Of a DNA stretch of 64,000 bases, positions 29,579 to 40,119 are shown one piece after another. The stretch covers positions 19,070 through 83,069 of the forward strand of contig JAKIUW010000008.1 of NCBI GenBank assembly GCA_021647365.1, in the 5' to 3' direction. The position numbers and the translations under genes are program-made. Each line of letters starts with the position of its first letter. Positions within the stretch are counted from its first letter, which is position 1. The stretch comes from Cocleimonas sp. (GTDB lineage: Bacteria > Pseudomonadota > Gammaproteobacteria > Thiotrichales > Thiotrichaceae). A model generated the notes under the pieces. That model was given only the letters and a program-made list of their open reading frames with translations. It ran no database searches and had not been told where the DNA came from.

Positions 29579-30187
29579 ATGTTGAAACTGATGTTTATCC
29601 CTATTGTTTTACTCATTACTGCTATATTTTTGGGTGTTGTGGTTTGGCTTGTTTATAAAAAGCTTAAAAAAGGTGTTAGTGATTCGATTAAAAAAGGTGC
29701 TGAAATAGCTACCGAGCAACAAGAAAAGTGGGTTGAAAAGGGGCAACGTAAAAAACTTCCATCCACGCTTCAAAAAGGCTTTGATGATTATGACAGGATG
29801 AAAAGCCTTGTTGCTGATCTGCCAGAAGCTTGGGAGCATCCCTTACAGCCCATTATTAAATCCGCCAAAGAGGTTTTAGATGAGGTGGCTTTTGAATATA
29901 TTTCAGAAGACTCTAGTAGCTCTAATAGTTCAAATAATCCTCGCCAAGATAAAAAACTTAATAGTATTCGATCATTTTTCCATCACAGCCTTACTGCGCT
30001 TTTGCAATTAGTTGAAAAGCTGAGCACTGATCACGCAAAAATGAATGCAGGTGAGATTCAAAAGGCGCAAGAAAATATAGCCATATTAAAAGCAGATTTA
30101 CAAAACCATCAAGAAACACTGCATAAAGTCAGGCGTTTTGATTTTGATGTGGTGATGGATGTGATTAAGGCGCGGCTAAAGAAGTAG
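29579..30187 (+). CDS. Hypothetical membrane-anchored protein
   Basis: One N-terminal TM helix, a Ser/Asn-rich low-complexity patch, and a helical C-terminal half. No family recognised with confidence. Confidence 0.55.
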   Translation: MLKLMFIPIVLLITAIFLGVVVWLVYKKLKKGVSDSIKKGAEIATEQQEKWVEKGQRKKLPSTLQKGFDDYDRMKSLVADLPEAWEHPLQPIIKSAKEVLDEVAFEYISEDSSSSNSSNNPRQDKKLNSIRSFFHHSLTALLQLVEKLSTDHAKMNAGEIQKAQENIAILKADLQNHQETLHKVRRFDFDVVMDVIKARLKK

Positions 30188-30215
30188 TTTTAAAACCTCC
30201 TGCAATAAGGAGTTG

Positions 30216-30241
30216 AAGCACCCCCCTAGTTTTACATGATG
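30216..30241 (-). repeat. G-tract repeat copy 15a (CTA, reverse, lacks CA)
   Basis: aagcacccccctagttttacatgatg. Confidence 0.85.
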
Positions 30242-30261
30242 TTTTCTTAACTAAGCAAAGT

Positions 30262-30289
30262 ATCATGTAAAACTAGGGGGGTGTGCTTT
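30262..30289 (+). repeat. G-tract repeat copy 15b (CTA, forward)
   Basis: atcatgtaaaactaggggggtgtgcttt. Confidence 0.9.
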
Positions 30290-30298
30290 AAACCGCAT

Positions 30299-31087
30299 TT
30301 ACTTAGCCAGTTCTGGCGCAACTTCCATTAATACACTTGCTGATAAATTCATAAACATGTGCATGGCGATAGGGACGTAGAGCGAGTTTGTTTTGAGCTT
30401 GGCGACGGCGAATATTATACCAATCACAAAAATAGTTGTGATTTCAAACCAGCCATATTGGATGTGAATGATGGCGAATAAGAAGGATGTCAACAGTACG
30501 GCTCCTGTGTCACCTAGCTTAGAGTGTCGAAAACCTTCTAGCAAGAAACCTCGGAATAAGAATTCTTCAAATATGGGAGCGGCAAAGGCAATGGTAATCC
30601 ACAGCATGATTTTATTATTGGTGCTACCGTAAACTCTCGCCATAAATTCGGGAGGCGTATGGTCGATTAAGTGTGTTACGACTTCTATTCCAATAAATAC
30701 AAGCAACATTGCGCCAATCCATATTGAAAATGTTTTTAGGGGTTGTTGGGGCATTCGCAGGTCTAGGTATTGCGAGGAGGTAAGGGTTTTTCTTAGGATA
30801 ATAAATAGCAGAATCAAACCGACACCAATAAAGGTAGATGGGATTCCTGTAAGCCCTAATAGATCACCATTAAACATGATGTCATTAATGTTTTTGTCTA
30901 AGGCAACTTGATCGCCTGATGTTAATAATTCTAAGCTTAATTTACCATTATTAAATGCAGCACCAATCAGAATGCCAGCTTGTATAATTCCATAGATGAG
31001 AAAAGCGACAAGCCCTAATCCGACGGTTGCAAAAAATCCCCAGTAGGGTGGTTTGTTGTTAGTTTCTTGTATTGTTGGGTTTGTCAT
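30299..31087 (-). CDS. CPBP-family intramembrane glutamic endopeptidase (CAAX protease/Abi domain)
   Basis: EEFLFRGFL, FAIIH and HMFMN motifs in a polytopic membrane protein. Confidence 0.85.
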   Translation of the reverse strand: MTNPTIQETNNKPPYWGFFATVGLGLVAFLIYGIIQAGILIGAAFNNGKLSLELLTSGDQVALDKNINDIMFNGDLLGLTGIPSTFIGVGLILLFIILRKTLTSSQYLDLRMPQQPLKTFSIWIGAMLLVFIGIEVVTHLIDHTPPEFMARVYGSTNNKIMLWITIAFAAPIFEEFLFRGFLLEGFRHSKLGDTGAVLLTSFLFAIIHIQYGWFEITTIFVIGIIFAVAKLKTNSLYVPIAMHMFMNLSASVLMEVAPELAK

Positions 31088-31100
31088 AAGTGAAATAAGC

Positions 31101-31123
31101 CATGTAAAAGTGGGGGGGTGTGC
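31101..31123 (+). repeat. G-tract repeat copy 16 (GTG, forward)
   Basis: catgtaaaagtgggggggtgtgc. Confidence 0.9.
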
Positions 31124-31125
31124 CG

Positions 31126-31599
31126 TTAATCTACCCTAATTAATCTTGTATTACTTAGTTTATCCTGCAAAGCTAAGCGATCTTTATCAATAATTACCCA
31201 AACTAAACCCAGACCTAGCAAAGCAAAAACATAACGCTTTAGCGCGTGACCCCAATTCATTAAGCCGTAATCGTTTGTGACGGCTTTTACTTTCCAAACC
31301 TTCATACCAAGTGTTTGCCCGTGCTTTGTCCAGTAATGTCCGAAGTAGAAAAAGCTGATGAGCACCCAGAGGTTTTTAAGTATCAAGGTGGTTATGCTAT
31401 TGGTTGGAATAATGTTTATAGTTTCATCTTTGCTTATTTGCACTTGTTCAAGCGTGATGAGTTCTAAGTTAATAATGATTTGTTGAAGAAGGATGTAAGT
31501 AATCACCACAATGAAAAACAAGATCAAAATATCGTAAAAAATGGCAAGCAGTCGCTTTCCTAAGCTGGCATTTCCCATGCTGTAACTTTCCATTTCCAT
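31126..31599 (-). CDS. RDD-family membrane protein
   Basis: GKRLLAIFYDILILFF and GQTLGMKVWKVKAV patterns. The ATG at 31578 is an alternative start. Confidence 0.75.
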   Translation of the reverse strand: MEMESYSMGNASLGKRLLAIFYDILILFFIVVITYILLQQIIINLELITLEQVQISKDETINIIPTNSITTLILKNLWVLISFFYFGHYWTKHGQTLGMKVWKVKAVTNDYGLMNWGHALKRYVFALLGLGLVWVIIDKDRLALQDKLSNTRLIRVD

Positions 31600-31605
31600 A
31601 CAGAG

Positions 31606-32193
31606 TTAATCCTGCTTCATCGTCAAAAAGTTTTTCAGCATGGCGTGCCCGTGTTCGCTGAGGATGGATTCAGGGTGAAACTGCACGCCTTCAATCGCTA
31701 AAGTCTTGTGACGCACGCCCATGATCTCCTCAATTTCGCCGCAATCGGTTTCTGTCCATGCAGTGATTTCTAAACAATCGGGCAGGGTGTCTTGATCAAT
31801 CACCAAGGAGTGATAGCGCGTTGCTTCAAATGGTTCTGGTATATCTTCAAATATGCCAACACCTTTGTGATACATGGTTGAGGTTTTTCCGTGCATGATT
31901 TGTGTCGCGCGTACAATATCTCCACCAAAGGCTTGCCCGATGGATTGATGCCCTAGACACACGCCAAAAATAGGGAGATTGCCTTGAAAGTGTTTAATTA
32001 CATCCAATGAAATACCCGCCTCGGCAGGTGTGCATGGGCCAGGTGAAAGCATAATGCGTTCAGGCGCTAATTCTTCAATCTCTTCAATGGTGATTTGATC
32101 ATTGCGCTCAACGATTACATCAGCACCTAGTTCGCCCAAATATTGCACCAAGTTATAGGTGAAGGAATCGTAGTTATCTATCATTAAAATCAT
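31606..32193 (-). CDS. trpG: Anthranilate synthase component II (glutamine amidotransferase)
   Basis: [25 protein letters not shown], and HPES motifs. Start set at ATG 32193, preceded by AAGGAGG at 8 nt spacing. Confidence 0.9.
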   Translation of the reverse strand: MILMIDNYDSFTYNLVQYLGELGADVIVERNDQITIEEIEELAPERIMLSPGPCTPAEAGISLDVIKHFQGNLPIFGVCLGHQSIGQAFGGDIVRATQIMHGKTSTMYHKGVGIFEDIPEPFEATRYHSLVIDQDTLPDCLEITAWTETDCGEIEEIMGVRHKTLAIEGVQFHPESILSEHGHAMLKNFLTMKQD

Positions 32194-32206
32194 CTGCTCA
32201 TCCTCC

Positions 32207-33727
32207 TTATCTATGAGAGCCGTCAAGCCCAGCGGCGGCTTGTTGAACGGCTTGAAAAATGGCGCGTGCTTTGTTCATGGTTTCTTTCCATTCAAGTTCT
32301 GGTTTGGAATCATACACCACGCCAGCGCCTGCTTGAATGTGTAAAGTATCGTCTTTGATCACAGCGGTACGAATCGCAATGGCGGTGTCCATATTGCCAT
32401 TCCACGCGAGATAGCCGATGGCGCCTGAGTAAACACCACGTTTGACTGGCTCTAGTTCGTCGATGATTTCCATAGCGCGAATTTTGGGTGCACCACTCAC
32501 CGTACCTGCAGGGAAGGTTGCACGAATAACATCCATTGCACTTAGGTCAGGCAGAATTTTCCCCACCACGTTGGAGACGATATGCATAACGTGTGAGTAG
32601 CGTTCGATCGTCATTTTATCGGTGAGTTTTACCGTGCCGATTTGGCTAACACGACCAGCATCGTTACGCCCTAAATCGATTAGCATTAAATGTTCGGCTA
32701 ATTCTTTGGGGTCGTTTAATAATTCTTTTTCCATCGCCAAGTCTTTGGTTTTATCGTGACCACGTTTGCGTGTGCCTGCGATGGGTCTAACGGTTATCTC
32801 CTTGTCTTGATCATCAGGGCCATCTAACCGTACCAAAATTTCAGGCGATGAACCAACAATATGAAACGTATCGCAATTCATAAAGTGCATATAAGGCGAT
32901 GGATTGAGTGAACGTAAAGAACGGTATAAATCCAACGGAGGTGCTTTAAACGGCACGCTTAAACGCTGGGATAACACCACCTGCATAATGTCGCCTGCTT
33001 TGATGTATTCGCGTGCGGTTTCTACTGCAGCTTTGAAACCCTCTTCAGTAAAGCCTGAGACAAAATCTTCTTCATTGATGACTTGTGGGGATTTTACGGG
33101 CTGATAAAGACTCAGCGGCTCGCGTAATTGTTTTGTTAAATAATCTAAACGCTCTTGTGCAATATCGTATTCACCCGCTTTGGCGTGAACGATAATAGAG
33201 AGAATGCCGTTAAGCGTATCAAATACGACCACATCTTCTGACAGCATTAGCAAAATATCAGGTGTTTGTAGTGGGTCAGGTTTATTGTCTGCCTCTGTCC
33301 CAGCCAATTTTGGTTCAATATAACGAATCGTCTCATAACCAAAATAACCGACTAAGCCGCCATTAAAGCGCGGCATACCTTCGATTTCTGGGACTTTGAT
33401 TTTATCTTTATAATCTTCAATCCACGCAAGCGGATCATCTACGGTTTCTGTTGATACAGTTTTGTAGTCGGTCGAAACTTCAACCTCATTGCCAGCAACT
33501 TTGATAATGGTGCGCGCTGGCAAGCCAATCATCGAATAACGCCCCCATTTTTCACCGCCTTGTACGGATTCAAATAAATACGAATAGGGGCCATTGGCAA
33601 GTTTGAGATAGGTGCTTAGTGGCGTGTCTAAATCGGCAAGCACTTGGCGGACTAAAGGAACACGGTTGTAGCCTTCTGCGAGATAAGATTCAAATTGAGA
33701 TTTTGAGAGAGAACTAGAATTTGTCAT
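32207..33727 (-). CDS. trpE: Anthranilate synthase component I
   Basis: LFESV, chorismate-binding region ([25 protein letters not shown]). Confidence 0.93.
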   Translation of the reverse strand: MTNSSSLSKSQFESYLAEGYNRVPLVRQVLADLDTPLSTYLKLANGPYSYLFESVQGGEKWGRYSMIGLPARTIIKVAGNEVEVSTDYKTVSTETVDDPLAWIEDYKDKIKVPEIEGMPRFNGGLVGYFGYETIRYIEPKLAGTEADNKPDPLQTPDILLMLSEDVVVFDTLNGILSIIVHAKAGEYDIAQERLDYLTKQLREPLSLYQPVKSPQVINEEDFVSGFTEEGFKAAVETAREYIKAGDIMQVVLSQRLSVPFKAPPLDLYRSLRSLNPSPYMHFMNCDTFHIVGSSPEILVRLDGPDDQDKEITVRPIAGTRKRGHDKTKDLAMEKELLNDPKELAEHLMLIDLGRNDAGRVSQIGTVKLTDKMTIERYSHVMHIVSNVVGKILPDLSAMDVIRATFPAGTVSGAPKIRAMEIIDELEPVKRGVYSGAIGYLAWNGNMDTAIAIRTAVIKDDTLHIQAGAGVVYDSKPELEWKETMNKARAIFQAVQQAAAGLDGSHR

Positions 33728-33840
33728 GGGTGAACCTGTTTAATTTTTTCTGAGCTTTTTTTAGATAAGGAGATACAACACCCTTTTTTTCAAAAGGGGC
33801 TAAATCCAAAGCCAGTTTCTAAACAGATTATTCATGAGGG

Positions 33841-34449
33841 TTATTTTAACGGATTTTTTTTGATTTTTCTATGCGATCGAATGAATTTTGTAGGATCAAT
33901 ATAACCACTGGTGTCTTTTGAATAACCTTGGCCTATTGGCATGTCGAGCTTATCGCGTATTTCAAAGTGTAAATGCGCCCAATAAATTCCGCCTGCATTA
34001 CCGATGGTGCCGATTTTTTCTCCCTTTTTTACGAGACTGCCTACTTTAACCAAACGTTTATTTAAATGGGCATAGAGTGATTCGATATAGACAGGTTTTT
34101 GTTTGGTGCCATAGTTGTGATAAATACGAATTACATTTCCCCAGCCACCTTTTATATTTTCAGAGAAAGAAACAATACCATCGCTAGCGGCGTAAACAGG
34201 ATCGCCAAGATCGGTGTTGCCGCCGCCTTTGCCATTCCAATCATCGCCAAGGTGGAAGTTTTTGCCAAACTTTTGAGCATTGTAATAGTTTTTTGCATCA
34301 GGTACGCCAACAGGAAAATCAAAGGATTTTGTAGTGGGGCAGGATGAAAGGTATTTTGAACTTGGCTTTGCGATAGTGTTAGTAGGTAAGGTAAGCAAAG
34401 CAAGTAATGATACGAGTGTGAAAATTTGTGCGCGTAGTTTAAATAGCAT
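33841..34449 (-). CDS. M23-family (LytM-type) metallopeptidase
   Basis: HLGDDW, PVYAASDGIV, and AHLHFEI motifs. Start set at MLFKLRAQ (signal peptide), overlapping the ychJ stop by 11 nt. Confidence 0.8.
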   Translation of the reverse strand: MLFKLRAQIFTLVSLLALLTLPTNTIAKPSSKYLSSCPTTKSFDFPVGVPDAKNYYNAQKFGKNFHLGDDWNGKGGGNTDLGDPVYAASDGIVSFSENIKGGWGNVIRIYHNYGTKQKPVYIESLYAHLNKRLVKVGSLVKKGEKIGTIGNAGGIYWAHLHFEIRDKLDMPIGQGYSKDTSGYIDPTKFIRSHRKIKKNPLK

Positions 34450-34840
34450 CAATATAAACCCAGTTACCTTTAACACGGGCAAATAGGCTTTTCTCTTTAT
34501 GCTGTTCAATCTCGCCCATAAGTGACGGACTGAATCGGCTAGAGATAAACTCGACCATGCCTTTTTGATCATTCTCGCCGCCGGCTTGGGTAGAGAGAAT
34601 CTTTAATCCAATTAAAGTCTGCGGGCCAGAGGATTTAAGACTTTGCAAAGTAGGGCGTGTATTGGCGTGCCATGTGCGAAATAAATATTGTGCATTGCCC
34701 ATTACGTAAGCGGTATAGCGAGAGCGCATTAATGTTTCTGCCGTTGGCGCGTGGCCACTTGATTGATGGTATTGGCCACAACAAGATTTATAGTTTAGGG
34801 ATGATTGACAGGGACAGGTTTCTTTTGTTTTTCTGTTCAT
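34439..34840 (-). CDS. ychJ: YchJ-family protein (UPF0225, SEC-C motif)
   Basis: N-terminal CPCQSSLNYKSCCGQYH SEC-C metal-binding motif. Confidence 0.8.
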   Translation of the reverse strand: MNRKTKETCPCQSSLNYKSCCGQYHQSSGHAPTAETLMRSRYTAYVMGNAQYLFRTWHANTRPTLQSLKSSGPQTLIGLKILSTQAGGENDQKGMVEFISSRFSPSLMGEIEQHKEKSLFARVKGNWVYIDAI

Positions 34841-34878
34841 ATTATAGTTGTTTGAATAGTTGTTTATAAAGTAATACT

Positions 34879-35478
34879 TTAGTTTTCACTGCTTGTGGCA
34901 TTTTTTGATGTCTTTAACATTTCTTTTTTAATCTTCTTTTTCATAGCGCGTTTGGCTTTTTTAGCAGCACGTTTTTCCTTTCTATCCTGCCAACGTTTTT
35001 TCGTGCTTTTACGCCAAAGTGAGTTAATGAAAAAATAACCAGTAACGGAAGAGATAACCGCCAGTATTAAACAACCAAACAATAAGGGCTGCCAGATATA
35101 CCCCAGTGTCGTGGTTATCCATTCCAAGCTTAAATCCATTGGTACATCTTGAGGTTCAATGCCCAGCATTAATCCGCCAAGCTTGTAGGCAAAATAAAAC
35201 ATGGGAGGGATGGTGAAGGGGTTGGTGATAAAAACCAGTGTTACAGAAAGTGGTAAGTTTGCACGATAATAAATAGCTAAGAACGCGGCCATTAAGGTTT
35301 GCAACGGCAAGGGAATCCATGTGCAAAATAAACCAATAGCAAAGGCTTTAGAAACAGAATGCCTATTCATACACCATAAATTTGGCTGGTGTATACTTTC
35401 GCCCAATAATGACAATGCTTTATTCTCCCGAATGGTTTTCGGGCTGGGAGAATATTTTTTTAAAAATCGTCTTGGCAT
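34879..35478 (-). CDS. DUF2062 membrane protein
   Basis: Pattern PHSVALGFAIGLF-like (HSVSKAFAIGLFCTWIPLPLQT, NPFTIPPMFYFAYKLG). Divergent from comEC, which I recall as a common arrangement. Confidence 0.7.
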   Translation of the reverse strand: MPRRFLKKYSPSPKTIRENKALSLLGESIHQPNLWCMNRHSVSKAFAIGLFCTWIPLPLQTLMAAFLAIYYRANLPLSVTLVFITNPFTIPPMFYFAYKLGGLMLGIEPQDVPMDLSLEWITTTLGYIWQPLLFGCLILAVISSVTGYFFINSLWRKSTKKRWQDRKEKRAAKKAKRAMKKKIKKEMLKTSKNATSSEN

Positions 35479-35551
35479 GTGTTTCTATATTATCTAAATT
35501 GATGTGCTAGGTCACAGGTTTACCGACTAAATATTAAAAATAGTTTTTTTT

Positions 35552-37915
35552 ATGCGCCTTTTTGCACTTTCCTTTTTGTTGGGTACGTTGATTATTCAAC
35601 AATTCCAACAACTTCCATCACTTATATGGATTGGGTTGTTTCTTGCGATTTCAATCTTTATGACCGTGTTTTTAAAGAAAAAATCCACGGCTTCCCTATT
35701 TAATTCATTATTGATTTCACTGAGCGCATTCCTAGCGGGATTGTTGCTATCAACTGCCGTTGCACAAAACCAATTACTCAAACAAATTCCAATGAAGTGG
35801 GAAGGGCAAGATATTATTTTGCAGGGAAAAGTGCTGGGCATACCTAATAAGAAAAATGACGGTACTCGTTTTCGATTGGAGATAAGTCAAGCCAGCCTCA
35901 AATCCACTCCGGAAGAAAGTATTGATCTCAAAGGCGTGGTCAGGTTGGGCTGGTTCCGAAGCACACAAAAGATCAATGCGGGCGAGGCTTGGCAACTCGT
36001 AGTGAGGATGAAACAACCCTCAGGTTTTTTAAACCCTGGCGGTTTTGATTATGAAAAATGGCTGTTCACCGAGCGCATCAGTGCGACAGGTTATATTCGA
36101 GAAGAGCGCAAAGGTGGCAAAAAATATAATAAGCGAGTGAGCAAATCGCCGTGGTGGTCAATTAATGGTTTGCGCCAGAGCATTCATAACAAGATCCAAA
36201 CAGGTGTTGAAGATAAAGCTTCCGCAGCCATACTCAGCGCCTTGGTGGTCGCGGTGCGTACTAAATTTGATGATGAGCAATGGAAGCTATTACAACAAAC
36301 AGGTACGAGTCACTTAGTCGCTATTTCAGGTTTGCATATAGCGGTGGTGGCAGGCTTTGCTTTCTTGCCCATTATGTTGATTTGGGGATTATTCCCCAGC
36401 CTAAATGAAAAGATGCCTCTGCGCGTGGCAGGTGCAATTGCTGGCGTAATTTTTGCGACACTGTATGCGATGTTGGCAGGCTTCACTTTGCCCACACAAC
36501 GCGCTTTGTTGATGGTGGTAATCGCCTTGCTGGGTTTATTGGTACGACGGAATTATCACAGCTCAACTATTTTGGCGGTGGTTGTCATTGCGGTGTTATT
36601 GCTTGATCCGCTTGCTGGGATGACGGTGAGCTTTTGGCTGTCATTTCTTGCGGTAGCTTTGATATTGGTGGTATTAAAACGCCAGATAGAAAAACCTGCT
36701 ATGCAGTTGATTAAATTACAAATTGCATTATCGCTTGGTATGTTGCCACTGACTTTATTCTTCTTTGGTAGCGCATCTTTGTTATCGCCTGTTGCAAATT
36801 TATTGGCGATTCCGTGGGTGTCGCTAGTGGTTGTACCATTGAGTTTGTTGGCGCTGGTGTTTATGCCCATTTCTACATTTATCTCTAATGGGCTTTTTAG
36901 TATTGCCGCCTTGGCGATCGAGTGGATGTTTTCAGGCTTTGAATTATTGAGTAGATCATCACTGGCAAACGTGAGCATTGCAGAAATCCCCAACCTTTAT
37001 TTACTAAGCGCCTTTGCAGGTTTTCTGTTTTTGTTATTACCCAAAGGATTTCCCGCGCGCTGGCTAGGGCTGGTTGCCATATTGCCCGCGCTATTATTTA
37101 CGGTAGAAAAACCCAAGCAGGGTGAATTTGTATTTACCTTGTTAGATGCAGGGCAGGGTATGGCTTCGGTTGTACAAACCGCAAATCACACTTTGATTTA
37201 CGATGTAGGAACACGCTACAGCAAAACCTACGATATAGGTAAGCTCGTCGTCGTACCGTTTCTAAAATCAAAGGATCTTATCAATGTTGATAGCATGATT
37301 TTGTCGCATAAGGATATTGATCATTGGGGCGGCACAGAGGCAGTCCTCAAAGAAATTACAGTAAAAAAGATAATAAGCAGTGATACGACGGTCTTAGAAA
37401 ACCACAAGGTATTTGAATGTATCAAAGATGATCAATGGCAATGGGATGGCGTAGATTTTAAAGTGTTATCCCCGCCCGAAGATTATCCGCAAAATGACAA
37501 TAACCGCTCCTGTGTATTGCGTGTATCCAATGCTAGTCATTCGTTATTGCTCACAGGCGATATTCAAAAGAAGACAGAAAAATTATTGCTAGCTTACGCC
37601 AATGAAGAAGAGAGCAATGAAGTAGAGAGTGATGTGCAATCAGAAGTCATCAGCGTACCGCATCACGGTAGTAAAACTTCATCGACAGAAGCATTCCTTC
37701 AAGCCGTATCACCCAAGTTAGCGTTGATACCCGCAGGGTATCGCAACCGATTTGGGCATCCTAAGGATAAGGTGCTAGCGCGTTATAAACGCATGGGGGT
37801 TGACGTTATGGGAACAGTAGAGAGCGGAGCGATCACGGTGAAATTTCCTGCTGATGAAGACGACTTTGAGGTAGAAGCGTATCGAGAAGAAAAGCGTAGG
37901 TTTTGGAGCCGTTGA
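35552..37915 (+). CDS. comEC: DNA internalisation competence protein ComEC/Rec2
   Basis: N-terminal OB/DUF4131 region, polytopic competence domain (GTSHLVAISGLHI), and C-terminal MBL domain (LSHKDIDHWGG, VPHHGSK). Confidence 0.92.
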   Translation: MRLFALSFLLGTLIIQQFQQLPSLIWIGLFLAISIFMTVFLKKKSTASLFNSLLISLSAFLAGLLLSTAVAQNQLLKQIPMKWEGQDIILQGKVLGIPNKKNDGTRFRLEISQASLKSTPEESIDLKGVVRLGWFRSTQKINAGEAWQLVVRMKQPSGFLNPGGFDYEKWLFTERISATGYIREERKGGKKYNKRVSKSPWWSINGLRQSIHNKIQTGVEDKASAAILSALVVAVRTKFDDEQWKLLQQTGTSHLVAISGLHIAVVAGFAFLPIMLIWGLFPSLNEKMPLRVAGAIAGVIFATLYAMLAGFTLPTQRALLMVVIALLGLLVRRNYHSSTILAVVVIAVLLLDPLAGMTVSFWLSFLAVALILVVLKRQIEKPAMQLIKLQIALSLGMLPLTLFFFGSASLLSPVANLLAIPWVSLVVVPLSLLALVFMPISTFISNGLFSIAALAIEWMFSGFELLSRSSLANVSIAEIPNLYLLSAFAGFLFLLLPKGFPARWLGLVAILPALLFTVEKPKQGEFVFTLLDAGQGMASVVQTANHTLIYDVGTRYSKTYDIGKLVVVPFLKSKDLINVDSMILSHKDIDHWGGTEAVLKEITVKKIISSDTTVLENHKVFECIKDDQWQWDGVDFKVLSPPEDYPQNDNNRSCVLRVSNASHSLLLTGDIQKKTEKLLLAYANEEESNEVESDVQSEVISVPHHGSKTSSTEAFLQAVSPKLALIPAGYRNRFGHPKDKVLARYKRMGVDVMGTVESGAITVKFPADEDDFEVEAYREEKRRFWSR

Positions 37916-37921
37916 TAAACA

Positions 37922-37948
37922 CTATGTAAAAGTGGGGGGGTGTGCTTT
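37922..37948 (+). repeat. G-tract repeat copy 17 (GTG, forward)
   Basis: ctatgtaaaagtgggggggtgtgcttt, 7 nt after the comEC stop. Confidence 0.88.
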
Positions 37949-37991
37949 GTAAGGTATTAAGGTATTCTTCCGCTTTTTTAGATAAATATTT

Positions 37992-40034
37992 ATGGATAAC
38001 TTTATGGGAAACACTTTTCGAATTGCTCTATTAAGCTCATGTGCATTGTTGGCATCTTGCCAGAAATCAAATGATAAAGGTGATACATCAATTGAGAACG
38101 TTAAGTCTGTTTCTCAAGTTTTAAAACCACGATCTGTTGAGGCAAGCACTAAGCATTTTTTAGGTGCTTCTTATCTGAGGGATGTATTACCCGAATCAGC
38201 TTATGTTTACGCGCGTATTCCTAATATATTTAGCGTTGCCGGTGGATCTGTCGGTAATGTATTTGATAAAGCATTAAATTCTAAATCTTATGTTGAGTCG
38301 TTAGATTCAATCAAAGAGGGTTTTGAAAAGGAGATTATTCCAGACCTCCCTGAAAACGCTAAAGCTTTTTATGCGCTTTTAGTTGCTCATATAACATCTC
38401 CCATTGAAATTATGGCTATGACGCCAGCAGTAGCCAAAGAAAGTCCATTTCCAAATGTACTGCTGTCTGTTGGTGTTAATTTTAAAGATGTTGAGTCCTT
38501 TAATACGTTGTTGGCGGATATAGCAGAGCAAGTTCCTAAAATGTCAGTCACAAAGCCGCTTCAAACTGATGGCGTGGGTGAGTTGAAGCTTGATAAAATA
38601 ACAGCACACCTCAAGCTTGATCTTGCAACACAGAGATTATTTATTCTTGGTGGAATGAGCCTTCAGGAAACTAGCCTATCTGAAACTCTAACGTTATTAA
38701 AACCCAATAGCACGCATGCGATGAAAGCGCTTGAGAATGATATCGATGCTAGCGGACAAGGTTTGTTTGTATGGGCTGATCCGCAAAAACTCTTGAGCAT
38801 TGCTAATAGTATGGGCGCACAAAGACAGCTAGCGCCACTGGCTATGCTCGGCGTGAACTCCATGAAAAATATTGCAGCAGGTGTCGGGACGAGTAAAGGT
38901 ATTAATCGTGCGAAGTTTATACTTGATATGCCTGCAACAGGTTTTCGTGGCTATATTCCCACTATTAAAGATGCGCCGAGTTTTAAGCTCGCAGGTAAAA
39001 CAGACTTTATGGTAACACTTGGCCTACCCAGTAAGGCCGATTTTGTTGGGTTAGAGTCTAGTATTGTAGCGACACTCTCCTCTAAAGAGTCTGAAAAATA
39101 TTACAAGTTCAAGAAGTTGTTTGCAGAAAAGGCAGGTATTGAGCTTGAGGAAATACTAGATATCTACGGTCAGGATATGAGTATAGTTTCTGGCGACTTA
39201 GGTACTTACACAGCTATTCGTTTAAGAAACCTAGAAAAATTCAATAGCGTAGTAGCAGGTTTAGTCAAAAAATATGATTTAAAATATGAGACGAGAACTA
39301 TTTCTGGTCAGGTCTATCACCATCTGGTTAATTCAACGTTTGAAAAGATGGCTATGGAGAGTTGGGATAAAAACGCAAGCACTGAAAATACAGCAGAGTA
39401 TAAATTACTGAGTCGTTTTCTTGCTGTTCCCTATCACTCTTATTGGCAAATAGAAGGTGATTACTTACTCATTGCAACACTGCCTCAAGTTTTAATGGAA
39501 CGTCATTACACTGACCAAATGCTAGCAAATGAGTGGTTAGAAAAAGAGCAACGTATGGACCCTAAAGGAGCACTATTGTTAGCTAGCCTGCGAAATAGAG
39601 GCGTACCAGCAGCAATGTATCGTGCAAAATTAGCACTGCTTGCTTATTTGGGTGATGCGGTTGATAGACCCGTTGACTTATTTTCTTTACCGACAGCGAG
39701 CGAAGCAAACTTGCCCAAAGAAGGTGCTTACGGCATGAAGATCACCTCATCAGAAAATCAACTAGCATTAGAACTATCCTTTGAAAGTAATCCAGCAGAA
39801 ATGCTTTTTGCAGGTAACTCTATGGCTCCTATTATGGTCGTAGGCATTTTGTCAGCGATAGCAGTTCCTGCTTATGAAGATTACCAGAAGAAAGCCAGAA
39901 AGACTCAATCAAGATTGTTAGATGAAAAACAAAAGAGAGACGTTGGTGATGCAGCTGTTGATGCAGCCGTAGATGAAGAAGAGACTGAAGAAGTGATAGA
40001 CGAAGCCAAAGAAGTTGATGCAATTACAAATTAG
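37992..40034 (+). CDS. Hypothetical lipoprotein with a C-terminal pilin-like hydrophobic helix and an acidic tail
   Basis: Lipobox LLASC near the N-terminus. 680 aa with no family recognised. C-terminal MVVGILSAIAVPAYEDYQKKARK resembles the pilin alpha1-N helix. Confidence 0.65.
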   Translation: MDNFMGNTFRIALLSSCALLASCQKSNDKGDTSIENVKSVSQVLKPRSVEASTKHFLGASYLRDVLPESAYVYARIPNIFSVAGGSVGNVFDKALNSKSYVESLDSIKEGFEKEIIPDLPENAKAFYALLVAHITSPIEIMAMTPAVAKESPFPNVLLSVGVNFKDVESFNTLLADIAEQVPKMSVTKPLQTDGVGELKLDKITAHLKLDLATQRLFILGGMSLQETSLSETLTLLKPNSTHAMKALENDIDASGQGLFVWADPQKLLSIANSMGAQRQLAPLAMLGVNSMKNIAAGVGTSKGINRAKFILDMPATGFRGYIPTIKDAPSFKLAGKTDFMVTLGLPSKADFVGLESSIVATLSSKESEKYYKFKKLFAEKAGIELEEILDIYGQDMSIVSGDLGTYTAIRLRNLEKFNSVVAGLVKKYDLKYETRTISGQVYHHLVNSTFEKMAMESWDKNASTENTAEYKLLSRFLAVPYHSYWQIEGDYLLIATLPQVLMERHYTDQMLANEWLEKEQRMDPKGALLLASLRNRGVPAAMYRAKLALLAYLGDAVDRPVDLFSLPTASEANLPKEGAYGMKITSSENQLALELSFESNPAEMLFAGNSMAPIMVVGILSAIAVPAYEDYQKKARKTQSRLLDEKQKRDVGDAAVDAAVDEEETEEVIDEAKEVDAITN

Positions 40035-40052
40035 CTTGAAAGGTAAATGCTA

Positions 40053-40089
40053 ACTTCACTCTACCGTTCCTAGAACGGTAGAGTGAAGT
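40053..40089. terminator. 17-bp perfect hairpin between convergent genes (lipoprotein gene and bolA)
   Basis: acttcactctaccgttc-cta-gaacggtagagtgaagt. There is no T-run, so function as a terminator is uncertain. Confidence 0.5.
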
Positions 40090-40092
40090 ACT

Positions 40093-40119
40093 ATCATTTA
40101 AAACTAGGGGGGTGTGCTT
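40093..40119 (+). repeat. G-tract repeat copy 18 (CTA, forward)
   Basis: atcatttaaaactaggggggtgtgctt. Ends immediately before the bolA stop codon at 40120. Confidence 0.85.

Noticed and set aside
33728-33840. Trp leader peptide or attenuator upstream of trpE.
   Set aside because: No short ORF with tandem Trp codons is present, and no alternative terminator/antiterminator pairing is evident. The only hairpin (ccctttt/aaaaggg) looks like the terminator of the upstream peptidase gene.
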